A DNA stretch of 64,000 nt, from the NCBI GenBank assembly GCA_022813865.1, contig JALDZX010000005.1, forward strand, positions 496,001 to 560,000. Reading direction: 5' to 3'. Position 1 is the stretch's first letter. Each line of letters begins with the position of its first letter. A program made the position numbers and the translations under genes. This document shows positions 1 through 11,939 of the stretch, piece by piece. Origin of the DNA: Xylographa opegraphella (taxonomy: Eukaryota). Below the pieces are notes generated by a model. The model saw nothing but the letters and a program-made list of their open reading frames with translations, was not told the DNA's origin and made no database searches.

Positions 1-587
1 TACTTGCACAAGTTCTAGTAGCTTGTCGGCGTCCTCTCCCGTACCTAATCCCTTAGTAAATTCAGCTCAGTACACACCGCTACCGCAGAGAGACTTCTCA
101 CCTTAATCAGTAGCGGGAGCTGAAACCGGGTATAATGCCTCCCTACTTCTTGGGCATACCATTCCAACAAGTCGTCTTCCTTTTTGTTCCTACGTAGCCT
201 ATGTCCTTCCGACTGCTCAGAAACAAGATAAGAAATAGAGAAGGAGACGTCAGGTGTCAGAGCCTTGAGCCACTCCCCACCTAATGATGAAGTCCTGTTC
301 CGAATGATATTTCCAACGGGTATTGGGTGGTGCGGCAGACTTAAAAAGGCGGTGGCACTGTGCCAGGACCTTTCCCATCTTATCTTCTCTGAAGCAACGT
401 CTTGGGCCGGATTGACATCAGGCAAGCTAAGGGAGCTTCCGGCAAACGTAGCAGAACCCAGTTGAGGTGTGGACGAAGGGGTAGGTATGGAAGCTTCAGA
501 CGGAGATGGAAAGACAGCGCGGAAGACACGCTTGCGTGATGCCATGCCTACACGGTGAATTGAAGGGCTGGCTGTTGCCACTTCCAT
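1..587 (-). CDS. APC2: Anaphase-promoting complex subunit 2, N-terminal part (runs off the window's left edge)
   Basis: SRKRVFRAVFP...RWERSWHSATAFL...LLEWYAQEVGRHY resembles Pezizomycotina Apc2 N-termini (from recall). Intron 101..45 (GTGAGA...CTAAG...TAG). The start could be 587 or 545. The cullin domain lies outside the window. Confidence 0.6.
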
Positions 588-1069
588 CGTCTACGAGTAT
601 AGTTCTGAGAAGACGCCAACCATAATGTTGTAGGTACCATGGACGCCTTTATGCAACTCACACCGGGGAAACAGTTGTTATCGCATCATGGTAGTGCTGG
701 CAACACGTGGAAAAAACTGGATTCAGTACGCTGTAGCGATTGACACGTTGAAGAGTAATCATGCATATCAAATTTGACCGGTGTCATAATCGTTTCTGTA
801 GCGCAGCACATGAGATACGTCGGTACGTACGAAGTAAATAGCTCCAGAGTATTGTGGTACAATGTTGAACCGCTTAGCGTGTTTCAAAATACGCCTAGAT
901 AAGGGACACATGCTGAGATCTACGTGAGAGTAGCCTTAATATCCTACACTATGCTAGACTACTTTAGGCATCTATCGATCTCCCACTCTCAAACATCTAG
1001 CATGCATATCCCAACCAGCTATTCCCCCCTTCCTCACCACAGCATACACACAACCCCCACTCCTTCTCC

Positions 1070-2217
1070 TTACTCACCCTCCTCCTCCTCCGCCGAGATG
1101 TCGACGTACTCTTCCGCTCAACGGCTCCCCCTCGCCTCCTGTACCGGCGAGCTACCACCTCCCCTACCACCACAAGAAACAAGCTCGACCCCACCTCCGC
1201 CGCCAAAATACACAGCCAAGTCATCGAGATCGAGATGCCCAGACGGACTCAGCGGCGGAGAGCGCGAGCGCGAGCTCGAGGACGGCGCGCGCGCGAAAGC
1301 GGGTCCTGCCCCGTCCCCCTCCCCGTCATCGTCAGCGCCATACAGCGACTGCGCCAACACGTCCGTGCCATCTGCGCCGTTGGTCGATGTCCAGCAGATC
1401 GGTCGGCGCGGGCTGCAAGCGGTAACATGCTTGAAAGGCGTCTTCGCTGGCGAGGTCGTGCTCTAGCTCCGACTCAGCTGCTAGATCGCAAACGCGCGTG
1501 CGTGGGCGCCGATGCGCAACGTCTTTGTTCTTGCGGGGCGTGGTATCGCCGTTGCCGTCTTCGCCGCCGTAGTCCACATGCCCCGCGTCCGGGCGGTCGT
1601 TATCAAGACAGGAGTCCCGCCATGCCGGAGCGGAGACGCCCGCTGTTGCGTGTGCAGATCGGCGACTGGGCCCGATATCGCCGTCTGCGCATGTGGCCGC
1701 TTCGAGGGCGGTGGTGAGCTCCCGCATCACGCGCCACGGATCTGCGTCCCACTCGGCGCGCGGTTTCTCCTGCGCGAGCTGCCACTCCATGGCCGCGGCG
1801 TAGTCTCGGTGGTAGCTGCTGTGCATCTCGGCGGTGATGCACGCCGGGCTGTGGGCGTCGAGCTCGAAAGACGGCTGCGTGATGGTGGTCTGTGGACGGG
1901 GGTTAGAAAAAGCGCGGTTGGGTGTGGAATGGGGTGTGGGGTACGGAATGGGCGGGGGTGGGGATGGGGTCTCTTGTCTTGGGCCGGGGTATTGGAGCCG
2001 AGGGGCCGTTTGCCGATGGGGGCGCGGTGAAGAGGGAGGTGGCTGTTTGGATTTGACTCGTTACGGCGGCTGGGTGGGCGTTTTCTGCGCAGCTGGGGCA
2101 GTTGGTTTCCTCGGTGGTGGTCTTTGGCTCGGATGATGGGCATGAGCCGGCGTCGAGGTGTGGTTCGGCGGGAATTATATCCACCACATCATGGCCGCGT
2201 GCAGAGTGCGTCACCAT
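1070..2217 (-). pseudogene. GC-rich orphan gene with an apparent frameshift and premature stop (or assembly error)
   Basis: Exon 2217..1945, then a phase-0 intron 1944..1890 (GTACCC...CTAAC...CAG), then an exon from 1889 joining ORF 1332..1826. Coding-like sequence continues in another frame from about 1381 (NGADGTDVLAQSLYGADDDGE) to TGA 1120..1118, then in frame AEEYVDISAEEEEGE* to 1070. Confidence 0.4.
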
Positions 2218-3022
2218 GGTCTTTCGGCACACAATAGCAGGCGGGAAGGACAGATTAGAGTTATCAAGAGCCAAAGACCCGAAAGCCCGTAAGAAAAGCT
2301 TCCCCACCCCAACGCGCGTAGTGCCCAAAAACTTCCAGAGCGCTCAACAAGCAAGCCGTCTGTAATATTCAAAGAAGGAGAGAGCAACGCGAGCTGCAGA
2401 AAACCTCTATCTCTTAGGCGGCCAAGCACGATATCTCTGACTCCCAATCGCGGACCGAATCAGCAAAATGACTCTGATCGTGTCGCGCAATAGATTGGGT
2501 CACTCGCCGCAGAGACGCGCTCCACAGGCTCATTTGGGAATGAGTTAATGACCGCGGGACGGAAACAGTTCGTTATGTACTCGTGACTCTCTCTCTCTCT
2601 CTCGCGGCATGAATGAATGAAAAAAAAGGGAATCGCAGACTTTCTGGAATGACGGCCATTGTCCTTTTTTTTGGATGAATGAAAGGAGTCATGGAGCACC
2701 ATGCTTCAAAAACCTTAGCTGCCATTCTTGGTCTGACGGGATTCATCTGCACGACGGCAGTGTTGCATCTGAAATCCATCTGGGCCAAATAAAACAGGTT
2801 ACCCAATTCAGAGATCATCACCATGACAATCGGTTTTGCATTCTGTCCTCGAAATGGAAAACTGAGTGTAAAAATGGGAGCAATACAGCTGTGCAAATAG
2901 AACAGTTCAATCCGTACAATCCCAAGCGTAGCCTGCCGTACACTGCTCCCTCGCCTTCGAAGCAACCAAGCTTAGACACCATGATCCAAGATCCCCAAAC
3001 ACGATACAATGATATCCCACAA

Positions 3023-4412
3023 TCAGCCAAAAGACAGCGCAATCTCCTCGAACAATCTCTCAAAAACCCCCTGCGCTGGGCCGCCGATCGTTTCGTGGGA
3101 CGAGTTCGGGACAGTCTCACTCGTGTAGGAGATTAGATCGGCGATGTCCTGATTCCGCCAGCACTGGCCGAACCACTCCTGGCCTTTCTTCCCGATCATG
3201 ATATCAGATTCGGCAAAGAAAACCGCCGTTCGCAACTTTTCTCGTGAGTCCCCGTTTGGTGATGAGCTGGCTGCTAGGGCCAGCTCTCGTTCCTGACTCA
3301 CAACCATTGAGATAGCCTCGTCGGTGTCGGCGAAAAGCCCCCACGTACACTTGTCACCCCGCTTGAGGCTGAGAAATGCCTCGTCCGCGCCGCCACTTAT
3401 GTTTTCTGGAAATGGATCAACGCGGCCCCATATAAAATGCAGAAAAATACACACCTTCCATGAAAAGCTTCGGCACCAGACGTTCCAGATCTGGAAATAT
3501 TGCCCTAAGCTCCGGATCATAATCGTTCTGGCTGAATGACTCCAACTGCGCGTCTGGGAGGGTAGATTTGGTTATACCACTGACGATCTGTCCGCTGAAC
3601 ATGAACACAGGTGCGACCTTGGTGTTCACAAACTTGGCGATTGACGGCCAGATGTTCAACACACCCTCCGGAACGAGTGAGAGAGCAGTCAGGCTTCCGG
3701 AATGGGATGGATGCACCCACGGAGCCAAGAAGGCTACAAAGGGTTTGGTGGGATGCAGGATATGGCGTGACTTGAGCAAGGTGTTCAAAGTGTAGATGGT
3801 CCCATTGCTGTGCGTGATGATGGCCACGTGCTTGACATGCAGATGTGCCAGGAGCGCGGGAACCATGTCTACATGTACGTTTAATACTTAGCCTCGTATG
3901 TCTTATTCGAAAGGTGTGCAGAGTCCACGGCAAGGGATCCATCGAAGCTGATGTCGAAATGCCAAACAAAAAACTCACCTAGCCACGCCTGAATCCTATA
4001 CTCCAGAGGAACAGCACCACTCCCACCCATCCCAAACTTATCAGGCACGACGCACCGAAGACGATGCTTCCTCGCCAGCCCGTCCCACGAGCCCATGCTC
4101 ATGTATCGCTGACCTGGGTCAACATCCTGAGCCACGCCGGTCTCGATCGCAGCAGCTTACTCCACCGAACATGCCTCCGACGACGAGCACAACAGGGCCA
4201 TCCGCTCTCCGGCTCTCGAGCCGATAATCGAGGTCGGAATACGTGATCCGGATTGGCGACGGTCGGCCGGCTTCGGCGTTCGCGGACAGAATGAACGATT
4301 GATGGAACTCGATGCGGGAAACGTACTCCCAGGCCCTTTCGAGTCTCTCAGCTGATATGTAATACTCGTAGGGGTTGTAGATCACATACCTGTCACGGCT
4401 GGATATCGCCAT
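3023..4412 (-). CDS. Fungal alpha/beta-hydrolase fold protein, 4 exons
   Basis: Exons 4412-4161, 4108-3979, 3868-3455 and 3405-3023 join in frame through canonical introns. Motifs: GGMFGGR, PDKFGMGGS, nucleophile-like THSNG, LAPWVHPSHSG, ESD and SSHE. Confidence 0.85.
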
Positions 4413-5711
4413 GGCGAATGTTCGAATGCCTGGATTAGACGTCGTCGTTGAAACCGAATCCGTCAGTCAATTGGGTGAGGCTATGCCGCCAGCTATATCA
4501 TTCCCTGCTATCGAAAGCATTGTACGTTCCAGTCCGGTCGAGCGTCGCCGTATTTATCCCCAGCTACGCCGCATGAGGGATTCCGATACGTCCGGGTGTT
4601 TTGGTCGGAGCCTGCTGGCTCCGGTACCTTACGGCAGGTTAAGCCTTGATCCTTGTCAAGCTTATCGATAAGGGCTCGCGTCCAGCTACGATGCCCTTAC
4701 TCCTTGACTATTTTACTATAATAGAATCAAACACTCTCCGACAACGACGCATTCGTCTACTCGCTAGCGATACCTCAGTAAAACACATCCCCATCCCCCT
4801 CCCCCTTCCCCCTCCCCCTCCCAGCGATCGAAACATCTACCATCTCCCCACACCGCCATCCAGGAACCGACCGCAACAGCGCTCCACGAGCTCGACATGT
4901 AAAGCCTACCAGACAGCGAGACTAGGCCCCGAAAGGGCAATCGATGGGCGAGGAATAAAACGGACGAGGAATTCGAGGAGAGGGGAGAGAGTAAGGAGAG
5001 GATTGGGATGGGAGGAGAACCTATTGGGAAGGGGGGATGTAGGCGAGGACGAGAGTCGCCAAGCGGCGCGGTAGCCAAGCCCTCTCTCTGCTACTACAGT
5101 ATAGTATAGCACAACGCAGCAAGTCTCCAACCCGGCGATTAAATCCCGCGAAAACACACACAACCAGCGAGAGCATCATCACCACGCGCGAAGCACGGAA
5201 TAGCAAGCAATTCACAGCAGGTGGTACACACGACAAGGCTGTGCGGTCTATGCAGGTAGGTGTACATCATTCATCCCTCAGCCTTCTGCCGTATCTACGT
5301 CTCATCCCCCCCCCCCCGGTACACCAAACCGCCTTATCATCCAAAGCAGGAAAGCGGTCCGTTCAGACAAGAACGACAAGTCAGCCTGTGAACCCGCCCC
5401 CCCGCGAGGCATGCAAACCCGTGCTTAGTCACCGACCAAGACGGGCTCTCTCTCACGCCCCGAGCGGGCAGTAAGAGCATGAGGAGGAGCATGAGGAGGA
5501 GAAGGAGAAGAAAAATGAGAAGAAGAGAAAGAAGAAAAAAGTCATCACGGCATCCCGAGTCGCCGGCGCCAGATCCACCAGCGTGTTCGTATTGCCCCTG
5601 GCTCTCTCCATCCAGCCAAGAACCCAGACTCATTGCCATCTATTCCCACATTTTCCCATTTCCGTGTCCAAAAAAAAAAGCCATGCGGAAGTCCCCACGC
5701 CCGGCCGCCGC

Positions 5712-7328
5712 TCAACCGGCCAGGTAGGCCTGCCCCATCTGCGACAGCTGGCCTCCGTTCACCAGCGCCCCGTCCGAGACCATGAAGTAGCTATACCGGC
5801 CCACCACGCTCGAGGACTGTTGATCCAGCCACGGCAGCACGATCTCCATAAATGCCGCATTGGTAGCTTGGTCGTCCAGCGGCAGGGCGCTGAACTCGGT
5901 GATCCACACGGGCAGGCTGAACTGCGCCTGGAAGGCGAGGACGTAGCGCTGGAACTCGGTGGCCTGCTCCTGGGCGGAGCCGCCGGCCCAGCCGTACCAG
6001 TGGCCGACGACGAAGTCGATCGTGCAGGCCTTGCAGTCCCCGTGGATGAACTGATCGAGCCAGGCGGCGCCCATGAGCGGGGAGGTGGAGTTGGCGTTGG
6101 TGACGGCCGGGCTGCCGAACTTAATGCCTTGGCCGGCGAACGGGGTTTCAATGTATTTCATCCAGTTGGTGGCGGCGTCGGAGGTGCTGAGGTCGGAGCC
6201 GCCGTAGTTGGACGACTCGTCTGGCTCGTTGAAACCGAATATGAATTTCTCCCCGGCGGGAGTGTTGGCAAGGGCAACAGTCGCGTCGCTGACGAAGGTG
6301 TCTTGCATCCCTTTCATACCCCACAGCATCGGGATGAAATTGAGCGACGAGGCCAAACCGCCCGAGGACGCGGCCCAGTTGTAGCCCCAGGAGATGGCGG
6401 TGCTCGAGGCGAAGGGCCCGCACAGCGTTGCAGTGTTGTAGACGACACCGCGCTTGGCGCCGGACACGGGTGAGGCGGGTGTCGCCACTGCGCTCGTAGT
6501 AGGAGGAGCGACAGGACGAGCGGGGGGAGGGGTTGCGACCAAGGAGACGGCGGTCGACGTGGTGAAGGTAGATGCAGGGGGAGTGTAGGCCGCAACTGGG
6601 GACGACGAGGACGGTGTTGTTATGGTAGTGGAGGAAACCGCTGAAGGAGTGTAGGCCGCCGCCGATGATGATGAGCTTACTGGTGCAGGCGGGGTGTACA
6701 CTGGTGGAGTATAGGCCACAGTGGAAGACGAGCTGCTGCTGGACGAAGCTGGAAGTGCTGCTGCGGAGGAGCTAGAGGCAGCAGGCGGGCTAACGAGCGG
6801 AGCTGTCCATTTTGGGTATGCGGTTGGACCATCACTGCCTGTGGGGCCGGTGGGGCCCGAGGCTGTCGCGTTGGCGATACTGTATGGTGGGCCTGGGATC
6901 ACGCTGACCACAGAAGAGCTTGCCGCGGCTGCAGCACTGCTGCCTGCAACTGTGACCGTCAATGTACTTGAGGCGGTGACAGTGACTGGTGGCAGTCCGC
7001 AAGGAACGACAGAGTTCGGGGCAACGGCTTTTGCTGCGACAACACTCGCAGCGACCACGCTCGATGCTGGCATTGTTGCATCGCTGGCTGGCAGCGGGCT
7101 CACGTAGACGGTCGAGAAGACGACAGGTATGGAGGGAAAGGCAGTGCCAGTGGGGCCATACCAGGTGGTGTTATTGATGCTGTACGGCGAGCCAGTACCC
7201 GTTGGGATGGGATAACCAGATCCAGTTCCGGTTCCACGATGGTGATGATGTTTATGTTTGAGCTTCGGCGCCGCTAGGGCTACTGAAGCGAGGAGCGAAA
7301 GAAGGAACGCGGTGGTGAGGCGAGCCAT
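5712..7328 (-). CDS. Secreted GH128 (Asl1-like) beta-1,3-glucanase with a long Ser/Thr/Pro/Ala-rich N-terminal region
   Basis: Signal peptide MARLTTAFLLSLLASVALA at 7328. The C-terminal domain has KRGVVY, WGYNW, FIPMLWG, catalytic GFNEPD and VWITEF, HWY and RYSYF. Confidence 0.88.
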   Translation of the reverse strand: MARLTTAFLLSLLASVALAAPKLKHKHHHHRGTGTGSGYPIPTGTGSPYSINNTTWYGPTGTAFPSIPVVFSTVYVSPLPASDATMPASSVVAASVVAAKAVAPNSVVPCGLPPVTVTASSTLTVTVAGSSAAAAASSSVVSVIPGPPYSIANATASGPTGPTGSDGPTAYPKWTAPLVSPPAASSSSAAALPASSSSSSSSTVAYTPPVYTPPAPVSSSSSAAAYTPSAVSSTTITTPSSSSPVAAYTPPASTFTTSTAVSLVATPPPARPVAPPTTSAVATPASPVSGAKRGVVYNTATLCGPFASSTAISWGYNWAASSGGLASSLNFIPMLWGMKGMQDTFVSDATVALANTPAGEKFIFGFNEPDESSNYGGSDLSTSDAATNWMKYIETPFAGQGIKFGSPAVTNANSTSPLMGAAWLDQFIHGDCKACTIDFVVGHWYGWAGGSAQEQATEFQRYVLAFQAQFSLPVWITEFSALPLDDQATNAAFMEIVLPWLDQQSSSVVGRYSYFMVSDGALVNGGQLSQMGQAYLAG

Positions 7329-9183
7329 TTCGATAACTTTCTTTCGAGTACGAGTGGAGTTTTTGTGCCGGGGTGTTTTGCAGTGAGGTTTTGAGATGAG
7401 TTGCGCTTCCGTGATCTGGACCAACCGGGGCCTGTGTTGTTGCAGTGGTAAAGGAGTGAGTGCTCGAGGAAGAAGAAGAAGCAGAAGATGTACAGGTGAG
7501 GGATCACGAAGGAACGGAACGAGCGAGTGCTCTGCTGTCAAGGAGCGAAGAATTGCACAAGTGCAACGAGGTGACCCAAGAAGAGAAAGTGACACGGTGT
7601 GGTGGTGAAGGAGAGAGAGAGAGGATTAAGAGAAGGGTGGATGTGAATTCGATATATGAGATCCGCACTGCAAAGCGTGTTGGCCGACAGCCCCTGTCGT
7701 TGTGTTTTAGCACCGGCAACCTCGCTCCCCCAACTCACCTCAGGATTGGACGGACGCTTTTGTTTCGCTCCCAGCGGCGTTTTCTTCATCACTCCCACAC
7801 CCGTACCCACTCTGCTCCCTATTCCCCCTGGGCGGGAATACCCTCATTTCAGCTGCAGTGACCGAGCCACACGAGGCCCGCAGTGTGAGTGAATGACCCA
7901 TACCGGAGACAACACCCGGTTCCGGCCATGAGATACAGGTGTCAGCCACCCGATGATACACGCTCATCACCTGCATTCACAATCGGAAAGACCAAGACAG
8001 CAATAACAGATGTTGCAACATCCAGATCAAGCTCTCTCTCTACACGTTGCAGGATCTCACACCAAGAGTTCCCTCCCAGGCGAGAAAAAGAGCGTCGTTG
8101 TTTCAAGCCCGCATCCCTCCTCGCCTATCGATCGCCCCCTTATCCGTCGGACACGCTAAAACCACGCCAGCCGCCATGACCCGCCCTGATCCCTGTTCAT
8201 CCCAAGAAAGCGAGCACAAAAGCTTGCACTAAGTCAGGGGTCTCAATTCCCGTCCACCAATCACATCCTCCAGCCCCACCGCGGACGGCTGCCACACGAG
8301 GTCCGGCAATCGAGCCTTTCATATCGATAAGCACTCGCCACATGTTTCAGGACTGGGGACCCCCCTGCTGCACGAAAAGAGGGCCGGGGCCTGCTTTCGT
8401 TGCGCTGGCGCTGTGGTGGATCACTTTATGAAATGGGACTCCACCACGAATGGATCTAGAGCAAGTTGGCTATATATTCCAAAGCACATCCCACACGCGT
8501 TGGGTCGGCGGTGGGCACGCGGGCTTACACACGATAGGTAGGCAACTGCGTAAAGCATGAAGGAACAGGTAGACGATCGGATTCTTGCTGCGCTGGAGAA
8601 GGTCGGTCCCTATATCCCCCGTCGGCACATCCACGATACTAGGTATCACGAAGCACGAATCCCTATCGACTGGCCTGCCCATGAACCCCGTCATCGCCCA
8701 TCGACAATATCCCAAAAATCACCATCATCTCCGTATCAAAAGTCGCGGGTATATAGAACAATGCATCTCCGGGAAGCCCAAGATCTGAGTACCTATCCTA
8801 AGCTACCTACCTAACCACGCGCCCCCGCCCCCACCCCTGCCCCATCACGCACGAGCTCGCGTCCCCCGTCCCCATCTCCCCTGCACCTAATCTCGCGCAC
8901 ACGAAAAAAGCGCGTGGCCAGTGACCGATCTGCCGGGCCAATCGCGCCGCAGCAGGAAAGATGGAGGGAGTGCCCGGCGCCTCTGGCATGTATATCCCCC
9001 GTCGCTCCTGTCATTGGCGGCTGCCCTCGTGGCCCCGAGTCCTGCATCCTTCCAAGCGAGCGGGATTTCGGTGGACCGGGCTTGTGGGACTACCGTAGGT
9101 AGGGACGGGAAGGGGACTGTGTTTGGATGGGGGGGCTCGGGTACGGTGTTTGCGTCGACTATGGACGGAGTGAACCTACCTGA

Positions 9184-9391
9184 CTCTCTGGATGATCACG
9201 AGTCGTGAGACGGTGAGGGGTGAGCGATGCGGTGCTTTGCGTCTACCACGTCAACCCACCCTGCGAACGATCACGAGTCACCGACGGCGCAGAGGCGAGC
9301 GATGTGGTGCTTGCATCTACCATGTAAAACCCACCTTCACTCTCTGAACGATCACGAGTCACCGACGGCGCAGAGGTGAGCGATGCGGTGC
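9184..9391. repeat. Degenerate tandem repeat, about 2.5 copies of a 75-81 nt unit
   Basis: GATCACGAGTC recurs at 9194, 9269 and 9350. Each copy is followed by GACGG...GAGCGATG(C/T)GGTGC; the first two continue with TCTACCA...ACCCACC. Confidence 0.85.
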
Positions 9392-9499
9392 CACGGATCT
9401 AAAAAGCTCGGTTCGACCGCCCCCGAGGAATAGATAGCAGATCACCCTCGTGCTACACCACACCGCACCACACCACGCGTGCCGGCCGACGAAAAGATT

Positions 9500-11259
9500 T
9501 TATTTCTTCTCGTCCTTCTGCCTAGCCATCACCTGCAGCACGTCCGTCGCACTGTTCTTGTCCCCCTTCCGCTTCTTCCCTCCCCTCTTCCTCTTCTCCT
9601 TGCCCCCGCCCCCGCTCTCGCCCTTCGCCCCATCTCCGTCGCCGCGATCGGTGCCCCACACCGACAGCTTGACCGCGCGATCCTCCCCTTCCTCCTGGTC
9701 CTCGAACCGGCTGCTGCCGAAGCCGAGGTCCATGTCCTCGGCGTCCCGGTCGTGCGCCTCCAGCATCTTCTTCCGTTTGGCGACTTTCGCCGCCTCGGCA
9801 TCGTTGGTGGGCGCTGGGGATGATGAGACCGGTTTGATTGTCGAGGCTTTCTTCAGGGCAGCGAGGATGGTAGGGTCCGTCAGGGGATTGGCTGCGGTCG
9901 CTTTGTCGGCGTCCCTGTCTGAGGTGTCGTTGAAGTAGTTGCGTGCGGAGATGGAGGCCTCAGTAGGGACTGGCGGAGGCGGCATTGCGAGTGGGGAGCG
10001 GCCCGATGATTTATCGGAGTCATCTGCAGAAACAACGTCTTCGTCAGGTGTGGTTCCTGCCCCCTCTTCGTGTGTACCCGTGCTCTCTTCGATGTCCTCC
10101 TTATCCGAATTCCCATCATCGTCTTCCTCGTCTTCCTCGCCGCCCAGTGGGTCGTAATCAATGCCAACGCCCTCGAAGATATCAATGTCCTCCTTCACCA
10201 CCGGTTCCGGAGCCTTCTTGATATGCGAAACATCCATTCCCAGCGGTTTGGCATCCTTTTCAGGCATCAACAGCCCGTTGTCGCCATTCGCACTTACATC
10301 CTCAATTTTGACCTTCTTGACCTTCCTCTTCACATTCCCTTCCTTATCCACGGTGATCAAAACCTCGCGTCCGCGCTCATCTCGCTCGATCCTCGACTTC
10401 TCCTGCTTTGCAGCAAGCTTCTTGAACCGCGGTCCCAATGTGGGCTGCTGCGCTTTCTTCTCTTCCGCGGCTTTCTGCCTTGACTCCCTGAGCTCTCGTA
10501 GGATATCGTCTCTCGTCCTCTTCTTCCCACCGGAGCTCGGCGGCGGCGGAGCCATCTCGCCCTTCTTCTGTCTCTCTTCCTTTGCCAGTGGCTGCACTTC
10601 CTTCCCCTCAAGATCATCGAAAGCTTCGTCCACGTCGACCTCGTCCTCTTTCGGTTCCGCATCATCTCTGTCCACAGCGGGCGCCTTTTCAGCCAGTACG
10701 TCTTCGCCCCGTCTCACCCTCTCCAACAACTTGTAATCCAGCCCCTTGACCAGATGCACGTCCTTCACATCTCCGCCCACGATCTCGTCCCGTAAAGCTT
10801 CAAAGGTAGCCATCTCCATCTGCCCCAACTTCACCATATCCTCCAACGCCTTGACCCTCGCCGCCTTATCATCATCCTCCGTCGAAGTCCGCAGCTGGGT
10901 ACGATCTTGATAGCCGGAGGCGAGCTTGCTGCCTTTCGGGGCGGCGGAGGAGCGGAACTTCTTCGCATTCGTAGCCGGGGCATTCTGTTCCCGAAGTTGG
11001 CGCGCAAAGTCAATACTAGCGGAGCCAGCCACCGAGCGGCTGAGAGTCGGTTAGGCTACGTGATTGAGGGTTGAGATAGTCATAGGTAGTGGGAACGTGG
11101 GGTGGGCACTCACGGTGTCATGGGGATGCTGGAGCGCATACGAGAGCCCAGAGTTGACGGAGTCGCTCCATCTTGGCGGGGCGTTGCTGCTGGCCCATCT
11201 TTGCGTGATGCTGCAGAGGGTGTGTCGAGCACGAGGCGGCGGAACTGCTGGTTGTTCAT
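9500..11259 (-). CDS. RED-like (IK/RED N-terminal domain) spliceosome-associated nuclear protein, 2 exons
   Basis: Start MNNQQFRRLVLDTP at 11259. Intron 11113..11040 (GTGAGT...CTAAC...CAG). RED_N motifs GYQDR, GGDVKDVHLVKGLDYKLLERVR and DIFEGVGIDYDP, with a basic C-terminus. Confidence 0.85.
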
Positions 11260-11939
11260 GGTGCGCGAACCAGAAGTGCGCTGCTGTAGAAGGACACTCG
11301 CCAGGCCGCCACCGGGACATTCAGAGATCGGTATTCGAGCACGATGGTATCATGACGGCTAAACGTAAGGTCACTTCGTTTTGATAAACTCTCTGTAGTG
11401 TGAGGGTTCCTCTTACGGCAACGAAAGCCGACGATCTGATTGGCTCGGAGAAATTCGGTCCGCAAATGCCGAACGACCAAGACGATGAACTTAGACCCAA
11501 TTTATGACTGCGTATCCTCAAATCATTGTCGGGCAATCTGGTTGATGCATGAACAAACGTCTGTATGATTGGACTCGGCTCTAAGGTAATGAGTGATGGG
11601 GCTATTAAGCCTGCACTCTACCAAGCTACTGTCCTACGACGAGGATAAAAAATACCCGATGCCTCCTGCGCTATATAAAAGTTGAAGCATACCTTAGTTG
11701 CACCAGAAAGCAAAGAACCAGGAGCAGTGATGTGGGGGCTGGGACTGCCAAGCTGCCTCTTCATGCTTACCGATGCATTCATTCTTACGATCAACTGTGA
11801 CTGGACACGAACAATGCTAACCTTGCTATCACAGTGGTGACCAGGGAACTGAACATCAACAGATTTATTGATCCATAACGAATCCTGTGTCTGACAGACT
11901 CATTTACTTCAGTAGTCTGATAGAACAGAATTTACCCCG

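Noticed and set aside
4646..5540. Short ORFs and purine/pyrimidine tracts between the hydrolase and GH128 genes
   Set aside because: Low-complexity sequence with no recognisable domain or supported splice structure.
5583..6473. 296-aa plus-strand ORF, and similar antisense ORFs over RED, NUP159 and the Mch-like MFS
   Set aside because: These are shadow ORFs caused by high GC3 codon bias of the real genes on the opposite strand.
7329..7595. N-terminal extension of the GH128 ORF in the ORF track
   Set aside because: It has a non-ATG start and low-complexity UTR-like sequence; the signal peptide begins at ATG 7328.
9184..9391. CRISPR-like periodic repeat
   Set aside because: The intervening sequences are homologous to each other rather than unique spacers, the context is eukaryotic, and there are no cas genes.
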